Positions 53,851-62,639 of a DNA stretch of 64,000 bases are shown here, one piece after another; position 1 is the first letter of the stretch; every line of letters begins with the position of its first letter. This stretch comes from Clostridiales bacterium (lineage in GTDB: Bacteria > Bacillota > Clostridia > Christensenellales > Borkfalkiaceae), in assembly GCA_015069505.1 (NCBI GenBank), contig SVIL01000001.1:12320-76319 (forward strand), in the 5' to 3' direction. The notes under the pieces were generated by a model that worked only from the letters and a program-made list of their open reading frames with translations, searched no databases and was not told the origin of the DNA. Position numbers and translations under genes: made by a program.

Positions 53851-53900
53851 GTGGGAGTCGTGTTAAATTTTTTACACTGGCACGACGGTATTACCACGAA
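53851..53900 (+). promoter_or_regulatory. Putative L1-binding mRNA site (23S L1-stalk mimic) before rplK
   Basis: GUGGGAGUCGUG...GGUAUUACCACGA resembles the 23S H76-78 strands GGUGGGAGGC...AAAUACCACCC. Confidence 0.45.
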
Positions 53901-53915
53901 ATGGAGGATACAATT

Positions 53916-54341
53916 ATGGCAAAAAAAGTTACGGCAATCGTAAAACTTCAACTGCCCGCAGGCAAGGCAACACCCGGTCCGCCCGTAGGTTCAACTTTAG
54001 GTCCACACGGTATTAATATCCCTGGCTTTACTAAGGAATTTAATGCTAAGACGCAAGACCAAGCAGGTTTGATAATTCCGGTCGTTATGACAATTTATCA
54101 AGACCGTTCTTTCACTTTTATCTTAAAGACCCCGCCGGCACCTGTTCTTATTAAGAAAGCATGCGGAATCGAAAGTGGAAGTGCAGCACCCAACAAAACT
54201 AAGGTAGCAAAAATAACCAAGGCACAGATTGAAGAAATCGCTAAAATCAAGATGCCTGACCTTAACGCAAACTCTCTTGAAAGTGCTATCAGCATGATCG
54301 CAGGCACCGCAAGAAGCATGGGCGTAACGGTTGTAGATTAA
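53916..54341 (+). CDS. rplK: 50S ribosomal protein L11
   Basis: [33 protein letters not shown] matches L11. I chose ATG 53916. Confidence 0.95.
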   Translation: MAKKVTAIVKLQLPAGKATPGPPVGSTLGPHGINIPGFTKEFNAKTQDQAGLIIPVVMTIYQDRSFTFILKTPPAPVLIKKACGIESGSAAPNKTKVAKITKAQIEEIAKIKMPDLNANSLESAISMIAGTARSMGVTVVD

Positions 54342-54351
54342 TAACGAATAA

Positions 54352-54386
54352 GTGGGAGGGTTTTTTAACCCGAACGTACCACGGGA
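54352..54386 (+). promoter_or_regulatory. Second putative L1-binding site (23S L1-stalk mimic) before rplA
   Basis: GUGGGAGGGUUUUUUAACCCGAACGUACCACGG has a closing GUGG/CCAC stem and an inner GGGUU/AACCC hairpin. It abuts the rplA Shine-Dalgarno sequence. Confidence 0.5.
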
Positions 54387-54397
54387 GGTATTTTTAA

Positions 54398-55084
54398 ATG
54401 AAACACGGAAAAAAATATATAGATAGCGTAAAAACCATCGAAACCGCTAAACTTTACGAAGCGGACGAAGCAATCGGTCTCGTACTTGATACCGCAAAAG
54501 CAAAGTTTGACGAAACAATAGAACTTCACGTTCGTTTAGGCGTTGACCCAAAACAAGCTGACCAACAAGTTAGAGGCGTTTTGGTTCTTCCTAACGGTAC
54601 CGGTAAGAACGTAAGAGTATTAGTTCTTGCAAAAGGCGAAAAGGCTGACCAAGCAAAAGAAGCAGGTGCCGATTTCGTAGGTGCAGAAGAAATGATCCAA
54701 AAAATTCAAACTGAAAACTGGTTTGATTACGACGTAATCATCACCACCCCTGATATGATGGGTTTGGTTGGTCGTATCGGTAAGGTTTTAGGTCCTAAAG
54801 GTCTTATGCCTAACCCAAAATCAGGTACGGTTACTATGGACGTTGCTAAGGCAATCAAGGATACCAAAGCAGGTAAGGTTGAATACAGACTTGACAAAAC
54901 TGCAATTATCCACTGTCCTATCGGTAAAAAGAGTTTCGGTAAGGAAAAGATCAAAGAAAACTACGAAGCACTTTTGGAAGCAATCGTTAAGGCAAAACCC
55001 GCTGCTGCAAAAGGTCAGTACGTAAAGAGCGTTGCTATCGCAAGCACAATGGGTCCCGGCGTTAAAATTAACGCTAAAATTTAG
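54398..55084 (+). CDS. rplA: 50S ribosomal protein L1
   Basis: [33 protein letters not shown] matches L1. Confidence 0.95.
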   Translation: MKHGKKYIDSVKTIETAKLYEADEAIGLVLDTAKAKFDETIELHVRLGVDPKQADQQVRGVLVLPNGTGKNVRVLVLAKGEKADQAKEAGADFVGAEEMIQKIQTENWFDYDVIITTPDMMGLVGRIGKVLGPKGLMPNPKSGTVTMDVAKAIKDTKAGKVEYRLDKTAIIHCPIGKKSFGKEKIKENYEALLEAIVKAKPAAAKGQYVKSVAIASTMGPGVKINAKI

Positions 55085-55113
55085 TTGACATATCGCTTTT
55101 AAAGTGGTATAAT
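55085..55113 (+). promoter_or_regulatory. Sigma-A promoter of rplJ-rplL
   Basis: TTGACA (55085-55090), 17-nt spacer, TATAAT (55108-55113). Confidence 0.65.
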
Positions 55114-55119
55114 CACAAA

Positions 55120-55250
55120 CGTAAAAATTAAATAGCCCAAGACAGTAGGTTTTTAACTCGCATAAAGCGGACCAACCGAGGCGGATTATTTTAAGGCTAA
55201 TTTTATGCCCTTGTATTCCGTTCGGTGTGCAAGGGCGTTTTTCATTAAAT
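55120..55250 (+). promoter_or_regulatory. rplJ leader (L10(L12)4 autoregulatory leader) with an attenuator hairpin
   Basis: The structured UTR is about 150 nt. GCCCTTG...CAAGGGC followed by TTTTT lies at 55207-55242, just before the rplJ Shine-Dalgarno sequence. Position and architecture match the Firmicute L10 leader, but the family model was not run. Confidence 0.5.
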
Positions 55251-55265
55251 TAAGGAGGTAGAGAA

Positions 55266-55790
55266 ATGTCAGCAAATTTTGAAGCAAAAAAAGTTGTCGT
55301 TGAGGAAATTAAATCAAAAATCCAAGACGCAAAATCTGTTGTTTTTGTAAAATTTAACGGACTAAGCGTTGCAGAAGACACTGAACTTCGTAGAGAATTT
55401 AGAAAGAACAACGTTGAATACAAAGTTTTGAAGAACACTTTAATTAGAAAAGCGTTCAATGATATGGGAATTACTGACTTTGATGCGGACTTGAACGGCC
55501 CAACTTCGGTTGCGTTTGGTGCAGACGAAACGGGTGCTGCAAAAGTTATTATTGAAGCAGTTAAGAAGTATCAAGATAAGGTTTCGGTTAAGAGTGCATA
55601 CGTTGATGGCGGTTACGTTGATGTAAACGGCGTAAAAGCATTAGCATCAATGCCGTCCAAGGAAGAACTCATTGCAAAAATGCTCGGTTCTATGCAAGCA
55701 CCCCTTTCCAACTTTGTGGGCGTATTGTCCGCAATGCCCCGCAGTTTGGTTATTGCTCTTAATGCAATTGCGGAAAAGAAGGCTCAATAG
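55266..55790 (+). CDS. rplJ: 50S ribosomal protein L10
   Basis: KKVVVEEIKSKIQDAKSVVFVKFNGLSVAEDTELRREFR matches L10. Confidence 0.95.
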   Translation: MSANFEAKKVVVEEIKSKIQDAKSVVFVKFNGLSVAEDTELRREFRKNNVEYKVLKNTLIRKAFNDMGITDFDADLNGPTSVAFGADETGAAKVIIEAVKKYQDKVSVKSAYVDGGYVDVNGVKALASMPSKEELIAKMLGSMQAPLSNFVGVLSAMPRSLVIALNAIAEKKAQ

Positions 55791-55865
55791 TCTTTTTTAA
55801 CCAGAAAAATAAAAAAATAAAAAAAATTAAAAAAATAATTAAGTACATTTTTGGAGGATAAAAAA

Positions 55866-56240
55866 ATGGCAGATATTCAAAAAATGATTGAAGAAGTTAA
55901 AGGTATGACAGTATTAGAACTTAACGAACTCGTTAAGGCTTTAGAAGAAGAATTCGGCGTAAGTGCTGCTGCACCCGTTGCAGTTGCTGCTGCTCCTGCT
56001 GCTGCAGAAGCTGCTCCTGCTGCTGAAGAAAAGACTGAATTCAACTTGGTTCTTAAAGAAGTTGGTGAAGGCGGCGTTAAACTTATCAAATTAGTTAAAG
56101 ACGTTACCGGTCTTGGTCTTATCGAATCTAAGGCTCTTGCTGTTGCTGGCAAAACCCTTAAAGAAAACGTTTCTAAGGAAGACGCTGACAAAGTTATCGC
56201 TTCTTTCAAAGAAATCGGTGCAGTTGTTGTTGCTGAATAA
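55866..56240 (+). CDS. rplL: 50S ribosomal protein L7/L12
   Basis: [32 protein letters not shown] is followed by the Ala-rich hinge. ATG 55866 follows GGAGGA. Confidence 0.95.
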   Translation: MADIQKMIEEVKGMTVLELNELVKALEEEFGVSAAAPVAVAAAPAAAEAAPAAEEKTEFNLVLKEVGEGGVKLIKLVKDVTGLGLIESKALAVAGKTLKENVSKEDADKVIASFKEIGAVVVAE

Positions 56241-56260
56241 TTTTAACTTTACAAAACAAG

Positions 56261-56286
56261 AAGTCCTATTTTTATAGGACTTTTTT
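56261..56286 (+). terminator. Intrinsic terminator after rplL
   Basis: GTCCTAT-TTTT-ATAGGAC followed by TTTTTT. Confidence 0.7.
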
Positions 56287-56357
56287 GTTTTTAAATTTTC
56301 GGGCTTGGTATTATTTGAAATATATTGCCTAAAATATTTTAATAAATAGGGGGATAT

Positions 56358-57062
56358 ATGAGAAAAATAATATCGTTAACTTTTAAAATTTTAGTGGTTA
56401 CGTGTTCGATTTTGGCGTTTGTTTTAAGTATTTTTTCCACTCGCCTCGACGGGTATAGCCACTGGACGGATAGGTTTTTTTATTTTACCTGGCAATCTAA
56501 TCTTTGGCTTGCGTTGTCGTTTATAGCGGTGCTTATGTGTGGGTTATTTAAAGGCAAAAACCATTTGGCAATCAAAAGGGGGCTTTACGTAGTTAAGTAT
56601 ATTACTACGGTGTGCATAACCATAACTTTTTTGGTGTTCATAACGCTTTTGGCACCATTTGCACCAGCCGAATATAGGCTTTTTAGTTTTTCAAGCATAC
56701 TGTCGCATTTGGTAGTGCCGTTTTTGGCGATAGCCGATTTCTTTTTAGACGACTTTAAGTTTACGTTAACTAAAAGTGAAGCCTTTTTGACGGTTATTCC
56801 GCCGGGGATTTATACCATAGTGGTATGGGTTTTAAGTTTTTTAAACGTTGATTTTGGTAGGGGAGACCCCTTTCCGTACTATTTTATGAACGTGCATTCA
56901 CCCGCAGGGATGTTTGGGTTTTCTGCAATCCCACCGTATTTTGTAGGAACTTTTTACTGGGTAATACTTCTTGCAAGTATGGTTTTTGGGGTTGGAATTT
57001 TGTACGTTAGGTTAAAAAGTGGCAGAGAGGAGCGTAAAAAGTCAAAAAACAAAGGTTTTTAA
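56358..57062 (+). CDS. Hypothetical polytopic membrane protein
   Basis: It has 6 or more TM segments and a FYFTWQSNLW motif. I am not confident of the family. Confidence 0.55.
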   Translation: MRKIISLTFKILVVTCSILAFVLSIFSTRLDGYSHWTDRFFYFTWQSNLWLALSFIAVLMCGLFKGKNHLAIKRGLYVVKYITTVCITITFLVFITLLAPFAPAEYRLFSFSSILSHLVVPFLAIADFFLDDFKFTLTKSEAFLTVIPPGIYTIVVWVLSFLNVDFGRGDPFPYYFMNVHSPAGMFGFSAIPPYFVGTFYWVILLASMVFGVGILYVRLKSGREERKKSKNKGF

Positions 57063-57158
57063 GCTAAATTTACTAAGTAAAAAGCCGATAATCATTGACA
57101 AGACCGAAAATAATTAGTAAAATGGATAAGAGAGTTTTAAATTCTTTTGGAGATTTTT

Positions 57159-57995
57159 ATGAAACGTTTTAAGAAAATTTTAGTAAACGTAATTGCAGTG
57201 TTAGTTGCACTTACCGCGTGTCTTGGTCTTACGGCTTGTGAAGACATTAAAAAGCTTGAAGTTACGGTGTCGGTTTACGACGCTGACGAAACGGCTATCG
57301 TTGATAAAACTTTGACCGTTGATTTATATCGTCACCTTGCACCCACTACCGTTGATCATATTATCAACGAACTTGTAAACAAAGATTATTATAACAATGC
57401 AATCTTTTATCAAGACGCAAGTTATACCAGTCAAATTATGATGGGTGATTTGGTTTATAGCGACGGCGAAATCGTTAAAAACGCCGAAGCACCAAAAGTT
57501 CAAAAGGCAGAGTTCACGAACGGTGGAACGATAGGCTCTAACTTAAAGGCTAAAAAAGGTTCTATCGGGCTTTGGAGGACTTGGTCGGCAGGTAACGGAA
57601 CTTATAAAACCAACGCCGACTTAAAGACGGGTAGCGGTACGTGGTTTATACCCGAATCAACTATGACGAGTTATGACGACTGGTTCTGTATCTTTGCACA
57701 AATTGATTTGGAAAACGAAACTAACAGTGAAGTATTTACTGCGATTTCCACACTCTTTGACAATACTGAAAGTTATGAAAACTACGTAGTTTATTATACG
57801 GGCGAATACGATAACCTTACCTATCACTGCGTATCACAAGAAGATTTTAATGAATACGTTGACGAAGATGACGTTTTCGTTGCGGAAGATGGTGAATACG
57901 TTTGCTATAACAAGAGGACGATAAGAGTTCCGTTCGTAACGGTAAATAACGCAAAACAACTTGCAGCGTCTATCAAAAGTGTTAAAGTTAAATAA
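57159..57995 (+). CDS. Lipoprotein with a divergent cyclophilin-like domain
   Basis: MKRFKKILVNVIAVLVALTACLGLTAC is a lipobox signal. VDLYRHLAPTTVDHIINEL..DYYNNAIFY echoes the cyclophilin pattern L..d.AP.TV.NF..L...g.Y.g..FHR, but the catalytic positions differ. Confidence 0.45.
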   Translation: MKRFKKILVNVIAVLVALTACLGLTACEDIKKLEVTVSVYDADETAIVDKTLTVDLYRHLAPTTVDHIINELVNKDYYNNAIFYQDASYTSQIMMGDLVYSDGEIVKNAEAPKVQKAEFTNGGTIGSNLKAKKGSIGLWRTWSAGNGTYKTNADLKTGSGTWFIPESTMTSYDDWFCIFAQIDLENETNSEVFTAISTLFDNTESYENYVVYYTGEYDNLTYHCVSQEDFNEYVDEDDVFVAEDGEYVCYNKRTIRVPFVTVNNAKQLAASIKSVKVK

Positions 57996-58011
57996 TAGTT
58001 AAGTAATTTTT

Positions 58012-58043
58012 AAGCCCCAAGGCGTTTTGCCTTGGGGCTTTTT
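58012..58043. terminator. Bidirectional terminator between convergent genes
   Basis: AGCCCCAAGGC-GTTTT-GCCTTGGGGCT followed by TTTTT. Confidence 0.8.
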
Positions 58044-58051
58044 ATATATTT

Positions 58052-58996
58052 TTAGTTATCGACTTTTTTAAGGTTGGTAATTTTTTTATTAAGCGTTTCA
58101 AAGGTAAAATATTCTACTAAGTACCTTCTATCGTCCATTTTATAAACAAGCCCAACCTCGTCAAGGCTTCTAAAAGTAGGGGGTGGCATTACCCCTACGA
58201 AGTTGCCAAGATACCCGCTTAGTTTGTCTGCGTTTTCTTTTACGTTGTCGGCTAAAAACTCTTGCCAGTTGCCCCCGACTAAAAACTCTTCTAAAAATAG
58301 ATATGGGATAAGCCTAACGTGGGTGGAAGTAAGGTCTAATTCCTTTTTTCTATTGACAGACCTATTCGTTTCGCTAAATTTATCGCCTATATACCTCCAT
58401 TCTGATTTTACGGTATGCTTTAAGATATCGTCGTGCTCAAGTACGGTGTGAATTACGTTGTCAACTTGGCAGTCGTTTACGTCTAAACTAATAACCCTAT
58501 TAATCTTTGTGGCAAGTCGATAGGCGTTAACCGTCATAGTTTCACCGTATAGCACGGCAACCAAAAGGGGAACGTCGGCACTTAAAAGGGTATAAAATTT
58601 TACGTCGTAAGGCATAAACTTTAAGTCTTCGGCAAAAAAATCGCTATTAGTTTCAATGGATATTTTCACGCCACCGTCGGCAAAAACCGTTGCAAGAACC
58701 CCATCAAATCGTTTTTGCCCGATAACCTTAAATTCGCTAAAAGAATAACTGCGGTTAAACTTTATAAGATATCCGCCCTTCATATCCGTTACCGAACAGT
58801 ATGGCGGTGGGTTATTTAAAAAATTTTCGTCCAAAATAAAATTCAAACTTTTGTCGGTCGGGGAAAGTGAACAAACTTCAACAAAAGTGTTAAAGTCGCT
58901 TAAGTCGATAAATTTTATCGTGTCGTTAATTTTGCCAAAATACGTGCCGTTGAGTTTTATGACGGCGTCAAATGATGCTGAAAAATAATAGTACAT
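58052..58996 (-). CDS. Hypothetical protein (314 aa, soluble, no family recognised)
   Basis: It is a long clean ORF with coding-like composition, divergent from 59071-59754. Confidence 0.55.
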   Translation of the reverse strand: MYYYFSASFDAVIKLNGTYFGKINDTIKFIDLSDFNTFVEVCSLSPTDKSLNFILDENFLNNPPPYCSVTDMKGGYLIKFNRSYSFSEFKVIGQKRFDGVLATVFADGGVKISIETNSDFFAEDLKFMPYDVKFYTLLSADVPLLVAVLYGETMTVNAYRLATKINRVISLDVNDCQVDNVIHTVLEHDDILKHTVKSEWRYIGDKFSETNRSVNRKKELDLTSTHVRLIPYLFLEEFLVGGNWQEFLADNVKENADKLSGYLGNFVGVMPPPTFRSLDEVGLVYKMDDRRYLVEYFTFETLNKKITNLKKVDN

Positions 58997-59070
58997 ATAA
59001 AAAAATATGTATAAAGTTTAATTATTATGTCAATAAACTTACAGTAATTCAATTTATAAGGAGATTTATT

Positions 59071-59754
59071 ATGAAAGAAATTTACGGTTACAAAGAGAGC
59101 GACCTTTTGGGACTTGCGGACTACCTACGAGAACGTGGGGCTTCAAATCTAACCAAGACGTTTTCAGATTACGCACGGTTGATAGGTAAGGCGAGGGGGA
59201 CGGTTAGAAATATGTATTACGCACTTATAAAATCTTGTAGTTGCGATAAAGCGTTGGCAGAAAAGTACCTTCACGGGCTTAACTTAAGGGTGGAAAAAAT
59301 CGTGGAATTTACGGATGAGGAAACGGAGAACTTAATCGTGAAAATTCTTGAAGGAGTAAAGTGCGGTGAGTCGGTTAGAAGTGTGGTGAATAGGCTTGCA
59401 AACGGGGATATGAAAGTTGCCCTGCGGTACCAGAACAAGTATAGAAGCGTTATGAAAAGCAATCCCAAGTTGTTAAAAAGAATTGCGGATAGAGTCAACG
59501 CTTCGCAAGTGATAAGTAATAGAACGGACGGTCTTTACGCTAAGGTAACGGACGCACAAATGTCAAAGTTAAAGCGAGAAATAGACGCTCTTATTGAAAA
59601 AATATCTTATAAGACAAAAAAGGAAAACCAACTGCTTAGAGAGAGAATTAGGTTTTTAGAGATAGAGAATTATAATCTTACCACAGCGTTAAACGGTAAA
59701 AAAACCGAGGCGGTTTTACGTCTTATAAAGAGCGGTCAAAAAATTGTAAACTGA
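59071..59754 (+). CDS. Hypothetical protein with Myb/SANT-like HTH segments and a C-terminal coiled coil
   Basis: ATG 59071 follows AAGGAGA; the track start at 58972 was rejected. FTDEETENLIVKILEGVKCGESVRSVVNRLANGD is Myb-like, and the C-terminal heptads read KLKREIDALIEKI...LRERIRFLEIEN. Confidence 0.5.
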   Translation: MKEIYGYKESDLLGLADYLRERGASNLTKTFSDYARLIGKARGTVRNMYYALIKSCSCDKALAEKYLHGLNLRVEKIVEFTDEETENLIVKILEGVKCGESVRSVVNRLANGDMKVALRYQNKYRSVMKSNPKLLKRIADRVNASQVISNRTDGLYAKVTDAQMSKLKREIDALIEKISYKTKKENQLLRERIRFLEIENYNLTTALNGKKTEAVLRLIKSGQKIVN

Positions 59755-59847
59755 TAAACGGCGTTTAATTAGGGGCTTGAAAAATCCACTACAAGCCCCT
59801 TACTTTTGCTTAGATAAAAATAATCTCTTTAACCCCGTTTATTTTGT

Positions 59848-59876
59848 TTGACATACACCCATAATGATACTATAAT
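59848..59876 (+). promoter_or_regulatory. Sigma-A promoter of the Rrf2-iscS-iscU operon
   Basis: TTGACA (59848-59853), 17-nt spacer, TATAAT (59871-59876). Confidence 0.6.
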
Positions 59877-59879
59877 ACT

Positions 59880-59904
59880 AATTGCAACCTTTTTGGTTGC
59901 AATT
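59880..59904. promoter_or_regulatory. Perfect 10-5-10 palindrome, candidate Rrf2 (IscR-like) operator
   Basis: AATTGCAACC-TTTTT-GGTTGCAATT starts 4 nt after the -10 box. Confidence 0.5.
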
Positions 59905-59929
59905 CTAAAAACGTTAGGGGGTAGTAAGA

Positions 59930-60331
59930 GTGAAACTTTCGTCAAAAACACATTACGGGCTTATGGCGTGCCATATTCTTGGCTGTAACTATCCCGACAA
60001 ACCCGTTTCGGCAACGGCGTTAGAGAGCCGTATATCCGTTTCGGGAAAGTATTTGGAAAAGATTATGCGTATGCTTTCAAGTAGGGGAATAGTGACCGCA
60101 AACCGTGGCGTTAACGGTGGGTATATGCTTGCCAAACCGCCCGAGAGTATAAGCATAGGGGATATCGTCAGAACGTTAGAGGACGATATGGAAATTATCG
60201 AGTGCGTGGGAAGTAGTGGTAAGTGTAAGTGTTGCCCGACCAGTGGGGTTTGGAAAAAGCTTTACGAACAGATTAACAGCGTGCTTGATGGGATGACCTT
60301 AAAACAAATGATTGACGGGGAATTATCTTAA
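59930..60331 (+). CDS. Rrf2-family transcriptional regulator (IscR/CymR-like, 3-Cys cluster ligands)
   Basis: MKLSSKTHYGLMACHILG...LEKIMRMLSSRGIVTANRGVNGGYMLAKP matches Rrf2, and CVGSSGKCKCC supplies the Cys ligands. The start is GTG. Confidence 0.85.
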   Translation: MKLSSKTHYGLMACHILGCNYPDKPVSATALESRISVSGKYLEKIMRMLSSRGIVTANRGVNGGYMLAKPPESISIGDIVRTLEDDMEIIECVGSSGKCKCCPTSGVWKKLYEQINSVLDGMTLKQMIDGELS

Positions 60332-60349
60332 CCCGTATCGGAGAAGAAT

Positions 60350-61534
60350 ATGAAGACACCTATTTATTTTGACCATGCAGCGACAACACCGTTAGACGAA
60401 CGAGTATTTGAAAAAATGCGTCCGTTTTTTACGAACGTTTTCGGTAACCCGAACAGCCAACACGCTTTTGGGCGTGATGCGGTAAAGGCGGTTGACGAGG
60501 CGAGGGATACCATTGCAAAGATTATAAACGCTAAGCCTAACGAGGTATATTTTACCGCAGGTGGAACGGAATCGGACAACTGGGCGTTAAGGGGTATTGC
60601 ATCCGCTTATAAGGATAAGGGCAATCATATTATAATTAGCCCTATCGAACACGCCGCAATGATAACCACGGCAAAGGCTCTTGAAAAGCAGGGCTTTAAA
60701 ATCGACTTTATGAAGGTTGATGAATACGGCGTAATCGACCTTGAACATCTTAAAAGCATCGTTACCGATAAGACCATCTTGATAGGTTGCATGCTTGCTA
60801 ATAACGAAGTAGGCACGATAGAGCCTATAAAAGAGATTGCTAAAATCGCACGTTCGGTCGGGGCGTTGTGCTTTACCGATGCGGTGCAGGTGTGCGGAGT
60901 GCTTAGAACGGACGTCAAGGAACTTGGCGTTGACCTAATGAGTATGAGTTCGCACAAGATTTACGGGCCTAAGGGCGTGGGTGCGTTGTACGTTAGGAAC
61001 GGCGTTAAGATAGATAGCATTTTGACGGGCGGTCATCAAGAGAGGATGAAGCGTGGCGGAACGACAAACGTGCCGGGCGTAGTTGGGTTTGCCGAGGCGT
61101 TTAGGATTGCGGAAGAAGAGCGTGAAAAGAATTTTGTGTACGTATCCTCTTTGCGTGATAGGTTTATCGAAAGGGTGCTTAAAGAAGTGCCGTTCGTAAA
61201 ACTAAACGGGCATAGAACGAATAGACTGCCTGCAAATGCGGATTTTTCGTTTAAGTTTATAGAGGGCGAGTCCATATTGTTTAGCTTAGACCTTGCAGGG
61301 ATAGCGGTATCTTCGGGGTCGGCGTGTTCGTCAGGGTCGCTTGAACCCTCACACGTGTTACTTGCGTTAGGGCTTCCCGAAGGGCTTGCACACGGGTCGA
61401 TAAGATTTTCGTTTGGGAAACACAACACGATAGAAGAAGTTGATTACGCTGTGGACGTTATCAAGACGGCGGTGGAAAGGTTAAGGGCTATGTCCCCATT
61501 ATTCAAAGCAGAAGGAGAGATTAAGTATGTATAG
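60350..61534 (+). CDS. iscS: Cysteine desulfurase (IscS/NifS type)
   Basis: IYFDHAATTP is the N-terminus, SSHKIYGPKG carries the PLP lysine, and SSGSACSSGSLEPSHVL is the active-site Cys loop. Confidence 0.9.
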   Translation: MKTPIYFDHAATTPLDERVFEKMRPFFTNVFGNPNSQHAFGRDAVKAVDEARDTIAKIINAKPNEVYFTAGGTESDNWALRGIASAYKDKGNHIIISPIEHAAMITTAKALEKQGFKIDFMKVDEYGVIDLEHLKSIVTDKTILIGCMLANNEVGTIEPIKEIAKIARSVGALCFTDAVQVCGVLRTDVKELGVDLMSMSSHKIYGPKGVGALYVRNGVKIDSILTGGHQERMKRGGTTNVPGVVGFAEAFRIAEEEREKNFVYVSSLRDRFIERVLKEVPFVKLNGHRTNRLPANADFSFKFIEGESILFSLDLAGIAVSSGSACSSGSLEPSHVLLALGLPEGLAHGSIRFSFGKHNTIEEVDYAVDVIKTAVERLRAMSPLFKAEGEIKYV

Positions 61535-61898
61535 CGAAAAGGTTATGGAAGCGTTCAAAAATCCAAAGAACGTAGGTGAAATTGAAAATCCAGACGGAAT
61601 AGGCACCGTTGGTAACGAAAAGTGCGGGGATATTATGCAGATAAGTTTGCGTATTGAAAACGATATCATCGTTGACGCAAAATTTAAGACGTTCGGGTGT
61701 GCGGCTGCAATCGCAACGAGTTCGACCGCTACGGATATGGTTATAGGTATGTCGGTTGACGATGCGTTAAAACTTACCAACAAGAAGGTCATAGAGGTTT
61801 TGGGCGGTTTACCGAGCCAAAAAATCCACTGTTCGGTGCTTGCCGAAGAAGCCATTAAAAAGGCGATTGAAGATTACAAAAGCAAAAAGGCGAACTGA
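61527..61898 (+). CDS. iscU: Fe-S cluster scaffold IscU/NifU
   Basis: YSEKVMEAFKNPKNVG, GNEKCGD, FKTFGCAAAIA and KIHCS contain the three scaffold Cys residues. Confidence 0.9.
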   Translation: MYSEKVMEAFKNPKNVGEIENPDGIGTVGNEKCGDIMQISLRIENDIIVDAKFKTFGCAAAIATSSTATDMVIGMSVDDALKLTNKKVIEVLGGLPSQKIHCSVLAEEAIKKAIEDYKSKKAN

Positions 61899-61945
61899 AT
61901 AATTTACGAAAAGTAACACATAATAACCTTGAAAGGGGGGGGATT

Positions 61946-62101
61946 ATGGACGATAAGTTTTTAACGGGAATGCTTTTAGGGATTTTAGGCGGTGCTTTTA
62001 TCGCTACGAATTCAGCCAAGGCAAGAATGCTTGTTAAAGAAGGTCAAGACTGCGTAAAGCAAAAGATGGATAAACTTGACAAGCAATCTCAAAAGCAGTA
62101 A
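61946..62101 (+). CDS. Small membrane-anchored protein (51 aa)
   Basis: It is below the track cut-off. A GGGGGGGA ribosome-binding site precedes the ATG. The sequence is MDDKFLTGMLLGILGGAFIATNSAKARMLVKEGQDCVKQKMDKLDKQSQKQ. A terminator follows (CCCACCGA...TCGGTGGGG plus a T-run, about 62123-62152). Confidence 0.45.
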   Translation: MDDKFLTGMLLGILGGAFIATNSAKARMLVKEGQDCVKQKMDKLDKQSQKQ

Positions 62102-62197
62102 TTATCCTTTTTGAAAGGCTAATCCCACCGAATAAAAATCGGTGGGGTTTTTCTTAAATCCCTTGCTATCAAGCCTAATTCGTGGTATAATAAAAGG

Positions 62198-62620
62198 GTG
62201 GAAAGATTCTTGTGCTTGGATATAGGGGATAAGCGTATAGGCATAGCCGTTTCAGACCCGTTTAACACGTACGCGTTGCCCGTTGAAACCTATACCCGTA
62301 AAAATTTAAAAACCGACCTACAAAAGATTGCCACTTTGGTAAAGGATAAGTCCATAACCGCACTCGTTTGCGGACTTCCCGTGAACTTTGACGGTACGCC
62401 CTCTATCCAAACCCAAAAGGCAAACTATTTTATTGAAAGGCTTAAAGAGAGTTTGGGTGTGCAGGTTTTTACCGTGGACGAACGTTGCACTACTTGTGAG
62501 GCGGAAGAAGTCCTTATATCGCAAGGCAAAACCCGTCAAGAACGCAAGTTGTACGTGGACAGCCTTGCCGCAACAAGCATTTTAGAAGGCTTTTTGAACG
62601 ACAAAAATAAAAAACAATAA
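62198..62620 (+). CDS. ruvX: Holliday-junction-resolvase-like / pre-16S rRNA nuclease RuvX (YqgF)
   Basis: LCLDIGDKRIGIAVSD is the N-terminus, and DERCTTCEAE is also present. The start is GTG. Confidence 0.88.
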   Translation: MERFLCLDIGDKRIGIAVSDPFNTYALPVETYTRKNLKTDLQKIATLVKDKSITALVCGLPVNFDGTPSIQTQKANYFIERLKESLGVQVFTVDERCTTCEAEEVLISQGKTRQERKLYVDSLAATSILEGFLNDKNKKQ

Positions 62621-62639
62621 TTTTTTAAGGAGAATAAAA

